The notes beneath the pieces were generated by a model. That model ran no database searches, was not told where the DNA came from, and was given only the letters and a program-made list of their open reading frames with translations. From Dehalococcoidia bacterium (GTDB lineage Bacteria; Chloroflexota; Dehalococcoidia; Lucifugimonadales; JAPUKM01), in assembly GCA_965248865.1 (NCBI GenBank), contig CBDFKP010000002.1:376610-440609 (forward strand): a stretch of 64,000 nucleotides of DNA, written 5' to 3'. Below are positions 37,077 through 46,527 of this stretch, piece by piece. Both the position numbers and the translations under genes were made by a program. Each line of letters begins with the position of its first letter. The stretch's first letter is position 1.

Positions 37077-38939
37077 ATGAAGAAGAACCTACAGCCGCTC
37101 ACACCGGCGGCGCTCTACGCCAGGGTCTCCAGCGAGCGGCAGGACGTGGACCTGTCCGTGTCCGCCCAGCTCAGGGCGCTCAAGGACTACGCCAAGGCCA
37201 ACGGCTACTCCGTAGCCCGCGAGTACGTGGACGAGGCCGAGAGCGGACGCGTCGCCGACAGGCCCCAGTTCAGGGAGATGATCGAGGAGGGGAGCAAGCC
37301 AAAGGCCCCGTTCCAGGTCATCTTGGTCTGGAAATTCTCCCGCTTCACCCGAAAGCGGGAGCACGCTGTGGCGTTCAAGTCGATGCTCCGGCGCAAAGGT
37401 GTGAGGGTCGTCTCCATCACCGAACACGCCGACGACTCCCCCACCGGCAAGCTCATGGAGGCCATCATCGAGAGCGTGGACGAGTTTTACAGCGAAAATC
37501 TTGCCGAAGACGTTACGAGGGGAATGAGGGAGGCGGCTTCGAGAGGCTTCTTCCTCGGCTCCAAGGCCCCCTTCGGCTACAAACGAGTCAAGGTCAGCGA
37601 CGGAGCCAAGGAGCGTCCCACCCTGGAGGTTGACCCTGCCACCGCTCCAATAGTGAAGGAAATCTTCGAGAGCTCGCTCAGCGGCTACGGCCTCAAGGAG
37701 ATATGCAGGACCCTGAACGACCGGGGCATCACCAACAGGGGCAAACGCTGGTACAAGGGAGGACTCCACTACCTGCTGACCAACGAAGCCTACACCGGAA
37801 CCGCCGTCTGGGGCAGGACGGCGAAGGTAGAGAAGGCCCAGGACCCGGTGCGAGTGGAGGGAGCATGGCCCGCGCTGGTGTCTAGGGAGCTGTTCGACGC
37901 CGTTCAGGAGGCAATGCGGGACCGAGCACCGAAGGTGCGAAGACCCGCGAGAGTGGGGAGCAGGTTCCTGCTGAGCGGTCTGCTGAAGTGTGGAGTGTGC
38001 GGCAGGCCCTACTCCGGCCAGGGGGCCAAGAGCGGGCAGTTCGCCTACTACATCTGCGGCACACTGTTCAGGGAAGGCGCGGGGACATGCAGCGCCCGCT
38101 ACCTGAACACTCCCAGGGTGGAGGAGTTCGTCGTCGAGAAGATCAGGGAGCGGATTCTGACCGAGGAGACCATCGTTGAGTTGGTGAAGCTGGTGGCCGA
38201 GGAGATCGACGCTATGGCCGGTGAGCTGTCCGGCAGGCTGGAGGTCATCGACGCCGAGCTAGGGGACGTGAGGAAGCGTCTTGAGCGGCTCTACGAGGCC
38301 CTTGAAACGAGCGAGTTGATGTTGGAGGTCCTGTCGCCCCGAATCTTCTCTCTGAGGCACCGTGAGGAGCAGCTTGAGGCTGCGCGTGACGACGCCGCAA
38401 CTCAGTTGGAGCAGCGAAGGGTGGAGTTGCCGACCACCGAGGAGATCAAGGGGTACGTGGCGGACTTCCGGGAGTTCTTGCAAGAAGGGACGTTCCCTGA
38501 GCGCAAGGCGCTCATCCGCAACTTCGTGGAGGGCATTGAGGTCACCGGAGACGAGGCCGTTCTGACGTACACCATCCCCATGCCCAGCGATGGAGTGACC
38601 TCGGAATCGGCCTCGGTTCTTGATTTCGTCCAGTCCGGCCCGCCAGGCGTCCCAGGTGGGCGGCCGTTTTCTCAGTTCTGGACTTGCGAGATGAGAGAGA
38701 GCATGGTGGCCAATGCTGAACGGATGACTCAGTGCTCACAGGGAGTATGGAGCAGCGGGATTGACCAGTCGACAAACAATCCTCTCCGTGAAGTCTTACT
38801 GCAAGATCGGAGGGGTAGCGGATGTCATTTCATTGAGTTTCAAGAAAGTGTGACCACCACCGCGGCTGAGACGCTGTATCAGGAGAGACAACGGCAATGC
38901 GATGGTCGGCGCAAGCTCTTTATCGCAAGCTCTTTATAG
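37077..38939 (+). CDS. large serine recombinase (Rec1); last ~98 codons look like read-through past the att-like site
   Basis: Resolvase catalytic domain (ALYARVSSERQD...VWKFSRFTR), recombinase domain and Zn ribbon (CGVCGRPY...YYICG). Collinear and mostly identical with the 49020-50678 product up to ...VLDFVQSGPP. Confidence 0.88.
   Translation: MKKNLQPLTPAALYARVSSERQDVDLSVSAQLRALKDYAKANGYSVAREYVDEAESGRVADRPQFREMIEEGSKPKAPFQVILVWKFSRFTRKREHAVAFKSMLRRKGVRVVSITEHADDSPTGKLMEAIIESVDEFYSENLAEDVTRGMREAASRGFFLGSKAPFGYKRVKVSDGAKERPTLEVDPATAPIVKEIFESSLSGYGLKEICRTLNDRGITNRGKRWYKGGLHYLLTNEAYTGTAVWGRTAKVEKAQDPVRVEGAWPALVSRELFDAVQEAMRDRAPKVRRPARVGSRFLLSGLLKCGVCGRPYSGQGAKSGQFAYYICGTLFREGAGTCSARYLNTPRVEEFVVEKIRERILTEETIVELVKLVAEEIDAMAGELSGRLEVIDAELGDVRKRLERLYEALETSELMLEVLSPRIFSLRHREEQLEAARDDAATQLEQRRVELPTTEEIKGYVADFREFLQEGTFPERKALIRNFVEGIEVTGDEAVLTYTIPMPSDGVTSESASVLDFVQSGPPGVPGGRPFSQFWTCEMRESMVANAERMTQCSQGVWSSGIDQSTNNPLREVLLQDRRGSGCHFIEFQESVTTTAAETLYQERQRQCDGRRKLFIASSL
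38616..38665 (+). other. att-like site S1 (hybrid: consensus left arm, divergent right arm)
   Basis: GTTC TTGATTTC GTCC AGTC | CGGCCCGCCA | GGCGTCCCAGGTGGGCGGCC. Homology to Rec2 ends at 38646. Confidence 0.55.
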
Positions 38940-39005
38940 TGGTGGTAGGCTATTCTTTGGTGCTGTGGCTGCTACGGTAGTAGTTAGCCTGAAAGGAGGT
39001 ACCCT

Positions 39006-40019
39006 ATGAGATGGATCGGAACCATAGCAACCTCTCTGGTCGTGATAATTATGGCCGTTCCCACCCTGGGGATCGTGCTTTTCTTTGTCCCCGTAGGGTT
39101 GTGGCTAAGTGCGTTGTTCGCCGGTGTCCCGGTGAGCCTGAGCACCTTGATGGGGATGCGTATGCGTAAAGTAAGCCCCAACGCCATCGTCCCGTCCCTG
39201 ATTTCTGCCACCAAGGCAGGTCTAGAGCTCGACATCAACGAGATGGAGGCTCATCACTTGTCCGGTGGATCCGTAGGACGAGTAGTCGCCGCCATGATTT
39301 CTGCCGAAAAGGCGACCATAGAGTTGCCTTGGCGACAAGCCACTGCCATTGACCTAGCCGGGCGTGACGTATTGGAGGCGGTTCAGACCAGCGTCAATCC
39401 CAAGGTCATCAATACACCCAATGTTTCAGCCGTGGCTAAGGACGGCATTCAGCTCATCGCCATTGCCCGGGTAACGGTCCGGGCCAACCTGGACCGGCTT
39501 GTGGGCGGTGCAGGCGAGGAGACCATTCTAGCGCGTGTGGGGGAGGGTACTGTGTCTGCCATCGGCTCGGCTGGCAGTCACAAAGAGGTATTGGAGAATC
39601 CGGATCAGATATCGAAACGGGTGCTGGCGGGTGGGTTGGACCAAGGCACGGCTTTTGAGATACTGTCTATCGATATCGCCGACGTGGACGTTGGAAAGAA
39701 CATCGGTGCTCAGCTTCAGATAGACCAGGCAGAGGCTGACAAGCAGATCGCCCAGGCCCAGGCTGAGCAACGCAGGGCCGCCGCAGTGGCTGCAGAGCAG
39801 GAAATGGTGGCCAAGACTCAGGAGATGCGCGCCCTGGTCGTAGAGGCTGAAGCTGAAGTGCCCAGGGCTATGGCAGAGGCCTTCCGATCGGGTAACCTGG
39901 GAATCATGGACTATCACCGAATGCGCAATATTCAGGCCGATACCCAAATGAGGGAGAGTCTAGGGCAAGATCGGGAACAGGGGCTAGGGGGCCAATCTCC
40001 CGGTGGAAGTGCTTCATAG
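39006..40019 (+). CDS. floA: flotillin-like protein FloA (SPFH domain, UPF0365/YqfA family)
   Basis: Near-collinear with FloA hallmark stretches: [77 protein letters not shown]. Confidence 0.9.
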   Translation: MRWIGTIATSLVVIIMAVPTLGIVLFFVPVGLWLSALFAGVPVSLSTLMGMRMRKVSPNAIVPSLISATKAGLELDINEMEAHHLSGGSVGRVVAAMISAEKATIELPWRQATAIDLAGRDVLEAVQTSVNPKVINTPNVSAVAKDGIQLIAIARVTVRANLDRLVGGAGEETILARVGEGTVSAIGSAGSHKEVLENPDQISKRVLAGGLDQGTAFEILSIDIADVDVGKNIGAQLQIDQAEADKQIAQAQAEQRRAAAVAAEQEMVAKTQEMRALVVEAEAEVPRAMAEAFRSGNLGIMDYHRMRNIQADTQMRESLGQDREQGLGGQSPGGSAS

Positions 40020-40082
40020 CAGCCGTTTCTAGTACAGTGCAGGCGGTTGTAGTTGAAGCAAAACGAGCGGTAAGGACTTGAT

Positions 40083-40343
40083 ATGGAAAGTAAGGAGGGC
40101 ATGAAAGAACTGCTGAGCCCGCAAGAAGAGAATCTAGAAACGCATCTCAGCGATGAGCCTGAAGGCCAGATACCATCAACTGTTCATCCTACCCCGACCT
40201 TGGGAACTGATGCCGACCTTGGACTCGCTTTTCGCAAGAGAGGGAGCGCTGCGCAGAGGCTGTTGAACCGTGGCAATTTGAGGCGAGCAATCCTGGTGAC
40301 AGAGATACTTTCTCCGCCTTTGACCTTTCGGCCTGGGAGTTAG
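40083..40343 (+). CDS. hypothetical small protein
   Basis: 86-aa ORF downstream of floA with no motif recognised. Coding status uncertain. Confidence 0.3.
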   Translation: MESKEGMKELLSPQEENLETHLSDEPEGQIPSTVHPTPTLGTDADLGLAFRKRGSAAQRLLNRGNLRRAILVTEILSPPLTFRPGS

Positions 40344-40663
40344 ACAGGGGTTCCGGAAATACGTGCTAGAGCAGGTACGAGATTGCACTCTACCGTGGTG
40401 GGAGACCTCGTCCGAGCTTGGTTGGGACCGCGACCGAATCGACGAAAGATGGGAAGGGTAGTCAGATGAGAAGGGAAATAGAAACCCGGTCAAGAGGAGG
40501 AACTATGGCGTCGCAAGAAAAAATAGACCGGATTGAAGCGAAGTGGCGGGAACTTTACGGCAAGGGTCCTGGGAATCTATAGTTTCATCGAGGCTGGCAA
40601 GGAGCGGCTTACTCGGGAGACCGAAGTGCTCCGCGACCTCTCACGTCTCGGTGAGGCCAGTCA

Positions 40664-40957
40664 TCAGCCTCCGTTCGATCCGACCGCTGAGACTGCTGTG
40701 TAGCCGACGAACATCTTCCACTGTTTGCCGTACAATCTAACCACCAACTCAAAGACGGTTCTGCCTACCGTCAACTTAGGCCCACCAGACTTGACAAAAT
40801 CAAGAACTTTCAGCTTGAGATTCAAGCTGGCGGTATAGTAGGTGCTCGGCCTCCAGCAGCAGTAGTGCTCCGGGGCCACGTCCCCAACCAACCTTCCAGT
40901 CGGGCACGGATCTTGCCATTGACTTCGGTCGGTAGTATGTGTAACGATATTACACAC
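40664..40957 (-). pseudogene. LSR gene 3'-tail relic (probably the detached tail of Rec3)
   Basis: The minus strand reads ...LKVLDFVKSGGPKLTVGRTVFEL..., matching the conserved Rec tail VLDFVQSGPP / STVKSGGPDWTKSRT. Confidence 0.55.
40758..40807 (+). other. att-like site S4 (both arms near consensus)
   Basis: GTTC TGCCTACC GTCA ACTT | AGGCCCACCA | GACT TGAC AAAATCAA GAAC. The 14-mer GGCCCACCAGACTT (40779-40792) is identical to 50577-50590. Confidence 0.6.
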
Positions 40958-40983
40958 TCACCTTAGCCCGGTTGGAGGTCGAT

Positions 40984-41259
40984 ATGGCCAGAGTGCAGTT
41001 GGTAATGGCGGACAATGACCGAGACCGCTTTGTTCACCAGGCGCGGCAGTAGGGCATGTCCCTCAGCGCCTGGCTGCGTGAAGCTGCGCACGAGCGCCTC
41101 GAAAAGCGCCAGATCGTCAAGCTATTCCAGTCACCTGAGGACGTTGAGGAGTTTTTCAGGTCATGCGCTACGCTGGAAGGCCCAGAGACGGAGCCGGACT
41201 GGGATGAACACTTGCGCGTCATGAGCGAGTCGCGCGGCCGAGGAGTTGCCAGAACGTGA
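40984..41259 (+). pseudogene. vapB: RHH-type VapB antitoxin with in-frame TAG at codon 23
   Basis: MARVQLVMADNDRDRFVHQARQ*GMSLSAWLREAAHERL, with TAG at 41050-41052. Its stop overlaps the vapC start. Confidence 0.65.
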
Positions 41260-41651
41260 TTTTCGTCGACACCAACGTCTTCATGTACGCCGTAGGACGC
41301 CCCCACGTTCTCCAGACAAATGCCCAAGGATTCTTCGTCGAAGCTAACCGAAGTGGCACACCGCTGTGCACTTCAGCAGAGGTCATGCAGGAACTGGCCC
41401 ATGCGTACTTGCCCATCGGAAGGCTGCAAACCTTCGATGCAACGCTGGACTTGATAGCAAGCGCCGGAGTTGAGGTTTGGCCGCTGGAGGAGGCGGACGT
41501 GGCTCTGGCCCGTCAACTCCATGAGCAATATCCCGCGTTACAAGCCCGAGACCTCTGCCACCTAGCCAGTTGTCGAAGGCGTGGAGTCCGAGAGGTCAAG
41601 ACCTTTGACCAAACATTCGCGGCCGTATCCAGCAATCCATCAATCCCATAG
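41256..41651 (+). CDS. vapC: PIN-domain toxin VapC
   Basis: MIFVDTNVFMYAV, SAEVMQEL and ARDLCHLA give the PIN acidic residues in order. 131 aa. Confidence 0.82.
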   Translation: MIFVDTNVFMYAVGRPHVLQTNAQGFFVEANRSGTPLCTSAEVMQELAHAYLPIGRLQTFDATLDLIASAGVEVWPLEEADVALARQLHEQYPALQARDLCHLASCRRRGVREVKTFDQTFAAVSSNPSIP

Positions 41652-41699
41652 AGGAGAGAGAAACAGGGTTGGCCGCAAGCTAACTGCCTGAATGTAAGT

Positions 41700-44597
41700 A
41701 TGCCACGCCAGACCGAGCCGAACGCGAACAACGCACTGGGCGACCTGCTGCGAGGCATGATGCCGGGCTGTGAAGTCCGCTCCGAGAACACCCAGACCTT
41801 CACCGACCATCCGGGCCGCCACGCCGATGTGCTGATAGCCGCGCCGGGGCGCTCGCCAGTAGTCGTCGAAGCCGAATATGCGCCGGCCTCTGAGGTCGAA
41901 AAGGACGCCTCCGAAAGGCTGGGGCTTCACGTGCAGGGACAACCCCGAACTGTCGAGGCTGCTATCGCAGTTCGCTACCCGCAGGTTGTAGAGGACGCCT
42001 ATGACTTGCGCCCGGTCCTCGCCGAATCCCGTCTTTCCTACTATGTCCTGCACCAAGACGGCAGCCGCTTCCCTGAATCGGGATGGCTTGAGGGTTCGGC
42101 AACCGATCTGGCTGACCTTGGACGACTGGTATCCATACCACAGAAAGCCGTGGAACAGGCGGCCGATACCCTCGAGCAAGGCATTGGGCAGGCCGCCAAC
42201 CTGTTGGAGGACATGGCCAAGCTCCGCCCCAATGTCACTCCTGTCATCGCTCGGTTGCTGGGAATGAGCGACGTTTCCCAGACCCGCCGCATGGCCTGCG
42301 CCATCATCGCTAACGCCATGATCTTCCACCAACGCATCGCAGGGATGCACCAGGAGGTGAAACCTCTGCGGCTGGTGTGCGGCCCCAATGTTGCAGACCC
42401 CCAGGGTGAGGTACTGGCGGCCTGGGAAGATATCCTGAAGATCAACTACTGGCCCATCTTTGCCATAGCCAAGGACATCTTGGAGCAGCTTCCCGGAGAC
42501 GTTGCCACTAGCATCTTGCGGGAACTGTTGGAGACTGCCCAGGAAGTTGAAGCAACCGGCGTCGACAACGCCCACGACCTGACAGGCCGCATATTTCAAC
42601 GGCTTATCGCTGATCGGAAGTATCTGGCTACCTTCTACACGCTTCCAGCCTCGGCCGCGCTGTTGGCCCGGCTCGCCGTGGCCAAGATGGATTCCGTGGA
42701 CTGGTCCGACGCCGGGGCCATCGGCAGGCTGCGCATCGGAGATTTTGCCTGTGGCACCGGTGCCCTGCTGTCGGCGGTGTACGAGCAGGTTGCATCCCGC
42801 CATGAACGCGCTGGTGGCGACTCCACATCGCTGCATCCCGTGATGATGGAGGAGGTCCTATATGGCTGCGACGTCATGCCCTCGGCCATTCACATCACCG
42901 GCTCCACCCTGTCCGGTATGCGGCCCAACGTGGGATTCAATCAGTCCCGTCTCTACACCATGCCCTACGGAAAGCAGAAGGACAGCACGGTGAAGATAGG
43001 TTCCCTGGAGTTACTCCAAGCCTCCACAGCCTTGACCTTGTTCAATACCAGCGACCCAGCTCTGCGCACTGGCAGCGTGGGAGAGGAGACTGCTGCCCAG
43101 ATCAACGTGGACATCCCGGACGCGAACTTTGACCTGGTGATAATGAATCCACCCTTCACCAGGGCAACCAACCATGAAGGTGCCCATGCGGATATCACCA
43201 ACCCCGCCTTCGCCGCATTTGACGCCACGCCCGCTGACCAAACGGAGATGGGACACCGGATCAACCAGTTGGGGAAGGACTCCTGCTACCACGGCAACGC
43301 TGGAATCGCTTCAGCATTCGCTGCGCTGGCCCACAAGAAGCTCAGGTTCGGTGGAGTCCTTGCCCTGGTATTGCCACTGTCGGCAGCCGCTGGTCTTTCA
43401 TGGCAGGGGTTCAGGGAAACGTTGGCCAAGAACTATACCGACCTTACCGTGTTGAGCATCGCGGCTTCGGACAACGATCACCTGTCGTTCTCAGCCGATA
43501 CTGGCATGGCCGAGTGCCTGGTCATAGCTCGCAAGGTCAAGCAAGCTGAGGCACCAACGGGACGAGGGCACTTCATATCCCTGGGCCGCCGTGCCCAAGG
43601 GTTTGCCCATGCAACTTCACTGGCGATGAACGTCTCCAGTCCTCAAAAGGCGAGACGGGTTGAGGATGGGCCTTATGGCGGCACCGCTTTAATGATCGGT
43701 GACGAGCTGGCCGGCGACAGCATGACCGTCCCGGTGCAGACGGACGGGGCATCATGGGGTGCGGTCCGTCTGTCCGACTTATCGCTGGCTCAGGCAGCTT
43801 TCGCATTGGCTAAATCCAAGCTATGGCTTCCCGGCAGCCACTCGGCGTTGGACGTGAAAGTGGCTCCGTTGAACAAGACATCTAAACTCGGCTTGGTTGA
43901 TCGAGACATCACGGGACCACGACCTCGCGGCCCATTCGACAAGATGGCCCCAACTCCTACAGCTACTTATCCGTCTCTGTGGAATCACGATGCTAAGAAC
44001 GAGACTCGGATGGCCTGCCAGCCAGACTCCCAGCTCCGGGTCAGGTCGGGAATGGAGGAGAAAGCCGCAATTGCCTGGGCTACGGCCAGCCGCGCTCACG
44101 TCAATCGCGATTTCAGGTTCAACTCGCAGCCGTTGACCGCAGCGTTCACTGAGCAGGAAAGCATGGGTGGCAGAGCGTGGCCCAACGTAAGGTTTCCAGA
44201 CAGCCGGTTCGATTACGCGTTCACGCTGTGGTCTAACTCTACGCTCGGGCTGCTGCTGTATTGGTGGCACTCAAACCGGCAGCACAGTGGTCGAGGCACC
44301 ACTACTATCAGAAACGTTGAATCACTGCCCGTCCTGGACCTCCACGCCCTCAGCGACGAGCAGCAGCGCACCTCTGAGGCCATCTTCAACGAACTGAGAG
44401 ACATGGAGTTGAAGCCCGCCTATCTTGCCGACGCCGATCCCAACCGGGCGCTGCTGGACCGCAGGATCGTCTGCGATCTTCTGGGCTTCGACGAGGATGT
44501 GTACGAGGGAGTTCGGAGGCTGTCGGCCAAATGGTGCGCCGAGCCGTCGGTGCACGGCGGGAAGGCGCGGCCAAAGGCTGCCCAGCTCGTGATCTAG
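41700..44597 (+). CDS. fused N6-adenine DNA methyltransferase with nuclease-like N-terminus and TaqI_C-like C-terminal domain (type IIG restriction-modification-like)
   Basis: SAM motif I DFACGTGALL (42741-42770) and motif IV NPPF (43146-43157). The C-terminal pattern FTLWSNSTLGLLLYWWH...IRNVESLPVLDL is typical of MTase target-recognition domains. The N-terminal HADVLIAAPGRSPVVVEAEY could be a PD-(D/E)xK-like core. Confidence 0.75.
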   Translation: MPRQTEPNANNALGDLLRGMMPGCEVRSENTQTFTDHPGRHADVLIAAPGRSPVVVEAEYAPASEVEKDASERLGLHVQGQPRTVEAAIAVRYPQVVEDAYDLRPVLAESRLSYYVLHQDGSRFPESGWLEGSATDLADLGRLVSIPQKAVEQAADTLEQGIGQAANLLEDMAKLRPNVTPVIARLLGMSDVSQTRRMACAIIANAMIFHQRIAGMHQEVKPLRLVCGPNVADPQGEVLAAWEDILKINYWPIFAIAKDILEQLPGDVATSILRELLETAQEVEATGVDNAHDLTGRIFQRLIADRKYLATFYTLPASAALLARLAVAKMDSVDWSDAGAIGRLRIGDFACGTGALLSAVYEQVASRHERAGGDSTSLHPVMMEEVLYGCDVMPSAIHITGSTLSGMRPNVGFNQSRLYTMPYGKQKDSTVKIGSLELLQASTALTLFNTSDPALRTGSVGEETAAQINVDIPDANFDLVIMNPPFTRATNHEGAHADITNPAFAAFDATPADQTEMGHRINQLGKDSCYHGNAGIASAFAALAHKKLRFGGVLALVLPLSAAAGLSWQGFRETLAKNYTDLTVLSIAASDNDHLSFSADTGMAECLVIARKVKQAEAPTGRGHFISLGRRAQGFAHATSLAMNVSSPQKARRVEDGPYGGTALMIGDELAGDSMTVPVQTDGASWGAVRLSDLSLAQAAFALAKSKLWLPGSHSALDVKVAPLNKTSKLGLVDRDITGPRPRGPFDKMAPTPTATYPSLWNHDAKNETRMACQPDSQLRVRSGMEEKAAIAWATASRAHVNRDFRFNSQPLTAAFTEQESMGGRAWPNVRFPDSRFDYAFTLWSNSTLGLLLYWWHSNRQHSGRGTTTIRNVESLPVLDLHALSDEQQRTSEAIFNELRDMELKPAYLADADPNRALLDRRIVCDLLGFDEDVYEGVRRLSAKWCAEPSVHGGKARPKAAQLVI

Positions 44598-44696
44598 TGT
44601 CGGTGATCCCGCCGAAGCCAGAGAAGGCGCTTTCCATTCACCGGTGCTGACATGTAGTGGCTGCGCACCGTATATGCACGTTGCTACTATTGATGC

Positions 44697-46406
44697 ATGG
44701 CTCTCACCGAACGACAGCTTCTCGACTCCCTCAGCAGGATGCCTTTCATCGACTCAGCAGAGTTGGCAGGCATCCTGGGGGAGCCTCACACGACCATCCA
44801 CCGCGCCCTAACCGGCCTGCTGGCCGCCGGCGTGGTCGGCCGAGTGAGTCACGGGACTGCCCACCTGCCGTCGAGCCAGAGGTACTACCTGACGGCCAAC
44901 GGCATCGGGGAGGCCGCCGGGATACTCGGCTTCGACACCCCATCGGACTTCGTGCGAATCTACCCGGTGTCCAGGGAGTGGCTGGCGCTGCTCATCCGCC
45001 GGATGGACGCGGTGGCCGCCGTCTATCGTCTCGCCGCCTCACTCTCCCCCGGCATCGACGGCCTACGGTCGCACGTGGAGTTCCACCGCCGGGGCCGCTT
45101 CGACGCCACGATCACCCTCCACGACGGGCGCAGCTTCGGAATGGTACGCCAGAGCCTGGCTCTTCGTCGGCGCTCGCTCTACGACCGGCTGAGGGCCATA
45201 GCGGAGTACGACTACACGCGCCGCCCTGACACGATCCTGGTCCTGACCCCCAGCGTCTGGGAGCAGAGACTGACAACGAGGTTCTGCATGGAGCTGAACC
45301 TTGAAGGCTCTTACGTCGGCGAGGAGTCTCGGGACGTACTCGAAAGACGGGACTCCCACGTCTGGCAGAAGACCTCAGGCCTGTTCAGTGGCTCGTACTA
45401 CACCCTCGATTTCGTGAGCTCACAGGGCGACGCCAGCGGAAGACTCTGCACCGAGTCCCCGAATCGGAAGCGGGCATCGATACCCCATCCTGAGCGGATG
45501 GTGCGGGCTGCGCCGACCTTCGGCATCAGCCCATCGGAGAAGCGGACCCTCGACCTAGTTACCGACCACCCTATGACCCCCCGTGAGCACCTGGCTCGCT
45601 GGCTCGGCGTTTCGGAGGGACGGGTTAGCCAGATGATGCATAACCTCGTCGATACGTGGGGCTTGATGGAGCGACAGGGAAAACGTGGAGACACGCGCTA
45701 CACCCTGTCCACCGAGGGCATCCGCTACATCACCCACCGGGACCGCGCCCAGCTCCCCACCACGCAGGGCATCTGGAGCACGGCCCTCACGACCGACCGG
45801 CAGGACCGGAGACGACACGTAGGCCATCGGATCGACACGTGGGCGCGTCAGACGAAGCACGCCGACGGCATCACATGGTTCCTCTCAAAGTTTGAGGCGG
45901 AGACCCGGGCCGATTCCGACAGCGAGCTGCTCTGGTCTGTCCCCACCGCGAGGTCCGACCGGGCCTACAACTGGGGCGATTCCGCTATTGCTCCCGACGC
46001 CGTGGGGAAGGTGATTGCACAGGGCCTCGACGTACCGTTCTACCTCGAGTACGAGCTGCGGGCCAGGCATCCCCAGGGAGTCATTGCCCGCCTGAGTCCC
46101 TACACGAGCTACTACTGGTCCACCGAACCAGGGGAAGACCAGCCCCCGTTCCCCACCACCCTGTTCGTCGTGGACACAGAGGAGGTCGAGGCCACCTACG
46201 TGCGCACGGCGGCCAGGATGAGTCTGATGTCGCTGCCCATACTCGTGTCCTGCATGCCCGTCTTGTCCACAACAGGGATACTGGGGCGGTCATGGCATCC
46301 CCTCTGGGAGCCGGAATCCCCGCGACTGGCCCTGTCAGGGCTGAGCGCCTACCAGTGGGACCCACTCTACCACCGGATGCGTCAGCGTCCTGTAGGGGGG
46401 GAATAG
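44697..46406 (+). CDS. duplicated wHTH / Replic_Relax-like protein
   Basis: Two wHTH modules (LSRMPFIDSAELAGILGEPHTTIHRALTGLLAAGVV and DHPMTPREHLARWLGVSEGRVSQMMHNLVDTWGLM). Each is followed by a PDA...FYLEYE-type segment as in replication-relaxation family proteins. Confidence 0.6.
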   Translation: MALTERQLLDSLSRMPFIDSAELAGILGEPHTTIHRALTGLLAAGVVGRVSHGTAHLPSSQRYYLTANGIGEAAGILGFDTPSDFVRIYPVSREWLALLIRRMDAVAAVYRLAASLSPGIDGLRSHVEFHRRGRFDATITLHDGRSFGMVRQSLALRRRSLYDRLRAIAEYDYTRRPDTILVLTPSVWEQRLTTRFCMELNLEGSYVGEESRDVLERRDSHVWQKTSGLFSGSYYTLDFVSSQGDASGRLCTESPNRKRASIPHPERMVRAAPTFGISPSEKRTLDLVTDHPMTPREHLARWLGVSEGRVSQMMHNLVDTWGLMERQGKRGDTRYTLSTEGIRYITHRDRAQLPTTQGIWSTALTTDRQDRRRHVGHRIDTWARQTKHADGITWFLSKFEAETRADSDSELLWSVPTARSDRAYNWGDSAIAPDAVGKVIAQGLDVPFYLEYELRARHPQGVIARLSPYTSYYWSTEPGEDQPPFPTTLFVVDTEEVEATYVRTAARMSLMSLPILVSCMPVLSTTGILGRSWHPLWEPESPRLALSGLSAYQWDPLYHRMRQRPVGGE

Positions 46407-46527
46407 ATAGGGCCGATGTGTCCCTATCTCCCCGGTATGCTGTCTGGGGCTGGAAGTTGGGATAACCGGAGCGATTTCTGAGGTCTGTCGACGCCCAAAC
46501 TGCCCTGTTTTAGCTATGAACCGGGGT

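Noticed and set aside
38647-38939. 98-aa C-terminal extension of Rec1 as a possible extra domain.
   Set aside because: Similarity to Rec2 stops exactly at the att-like centre. The extension runs into AT-richer non-homologous DNA and ends in a 14-bp tandem duplication (38910-38937). It is best explained as read-through across an integration junction.
40500-40583. 25-codon ORF (MASQEKIDRIEAKWRELYGKGPGNL) with GGAGG upstream, in the gap between floA and the recombinase tail relic.
   Set aside because: There is no recognisable motif and it is very short. It cannot be distinguished from chance.
41640-42836. 398-aa ORF on the minus strand. Similar long antisense ORFs occur at 10706-11797, 13041-13922, 20764-21759, 50726-51955, 16693-17793, 22507-23328 and 34344-35312.
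   Set aside because: All lie antisense or out of frame to genes with strong family signatures. They have Arg/Gly/Pro/His-rich low-complexity composition typical of stop-poor frames in high-GC DNA, and no motifs.
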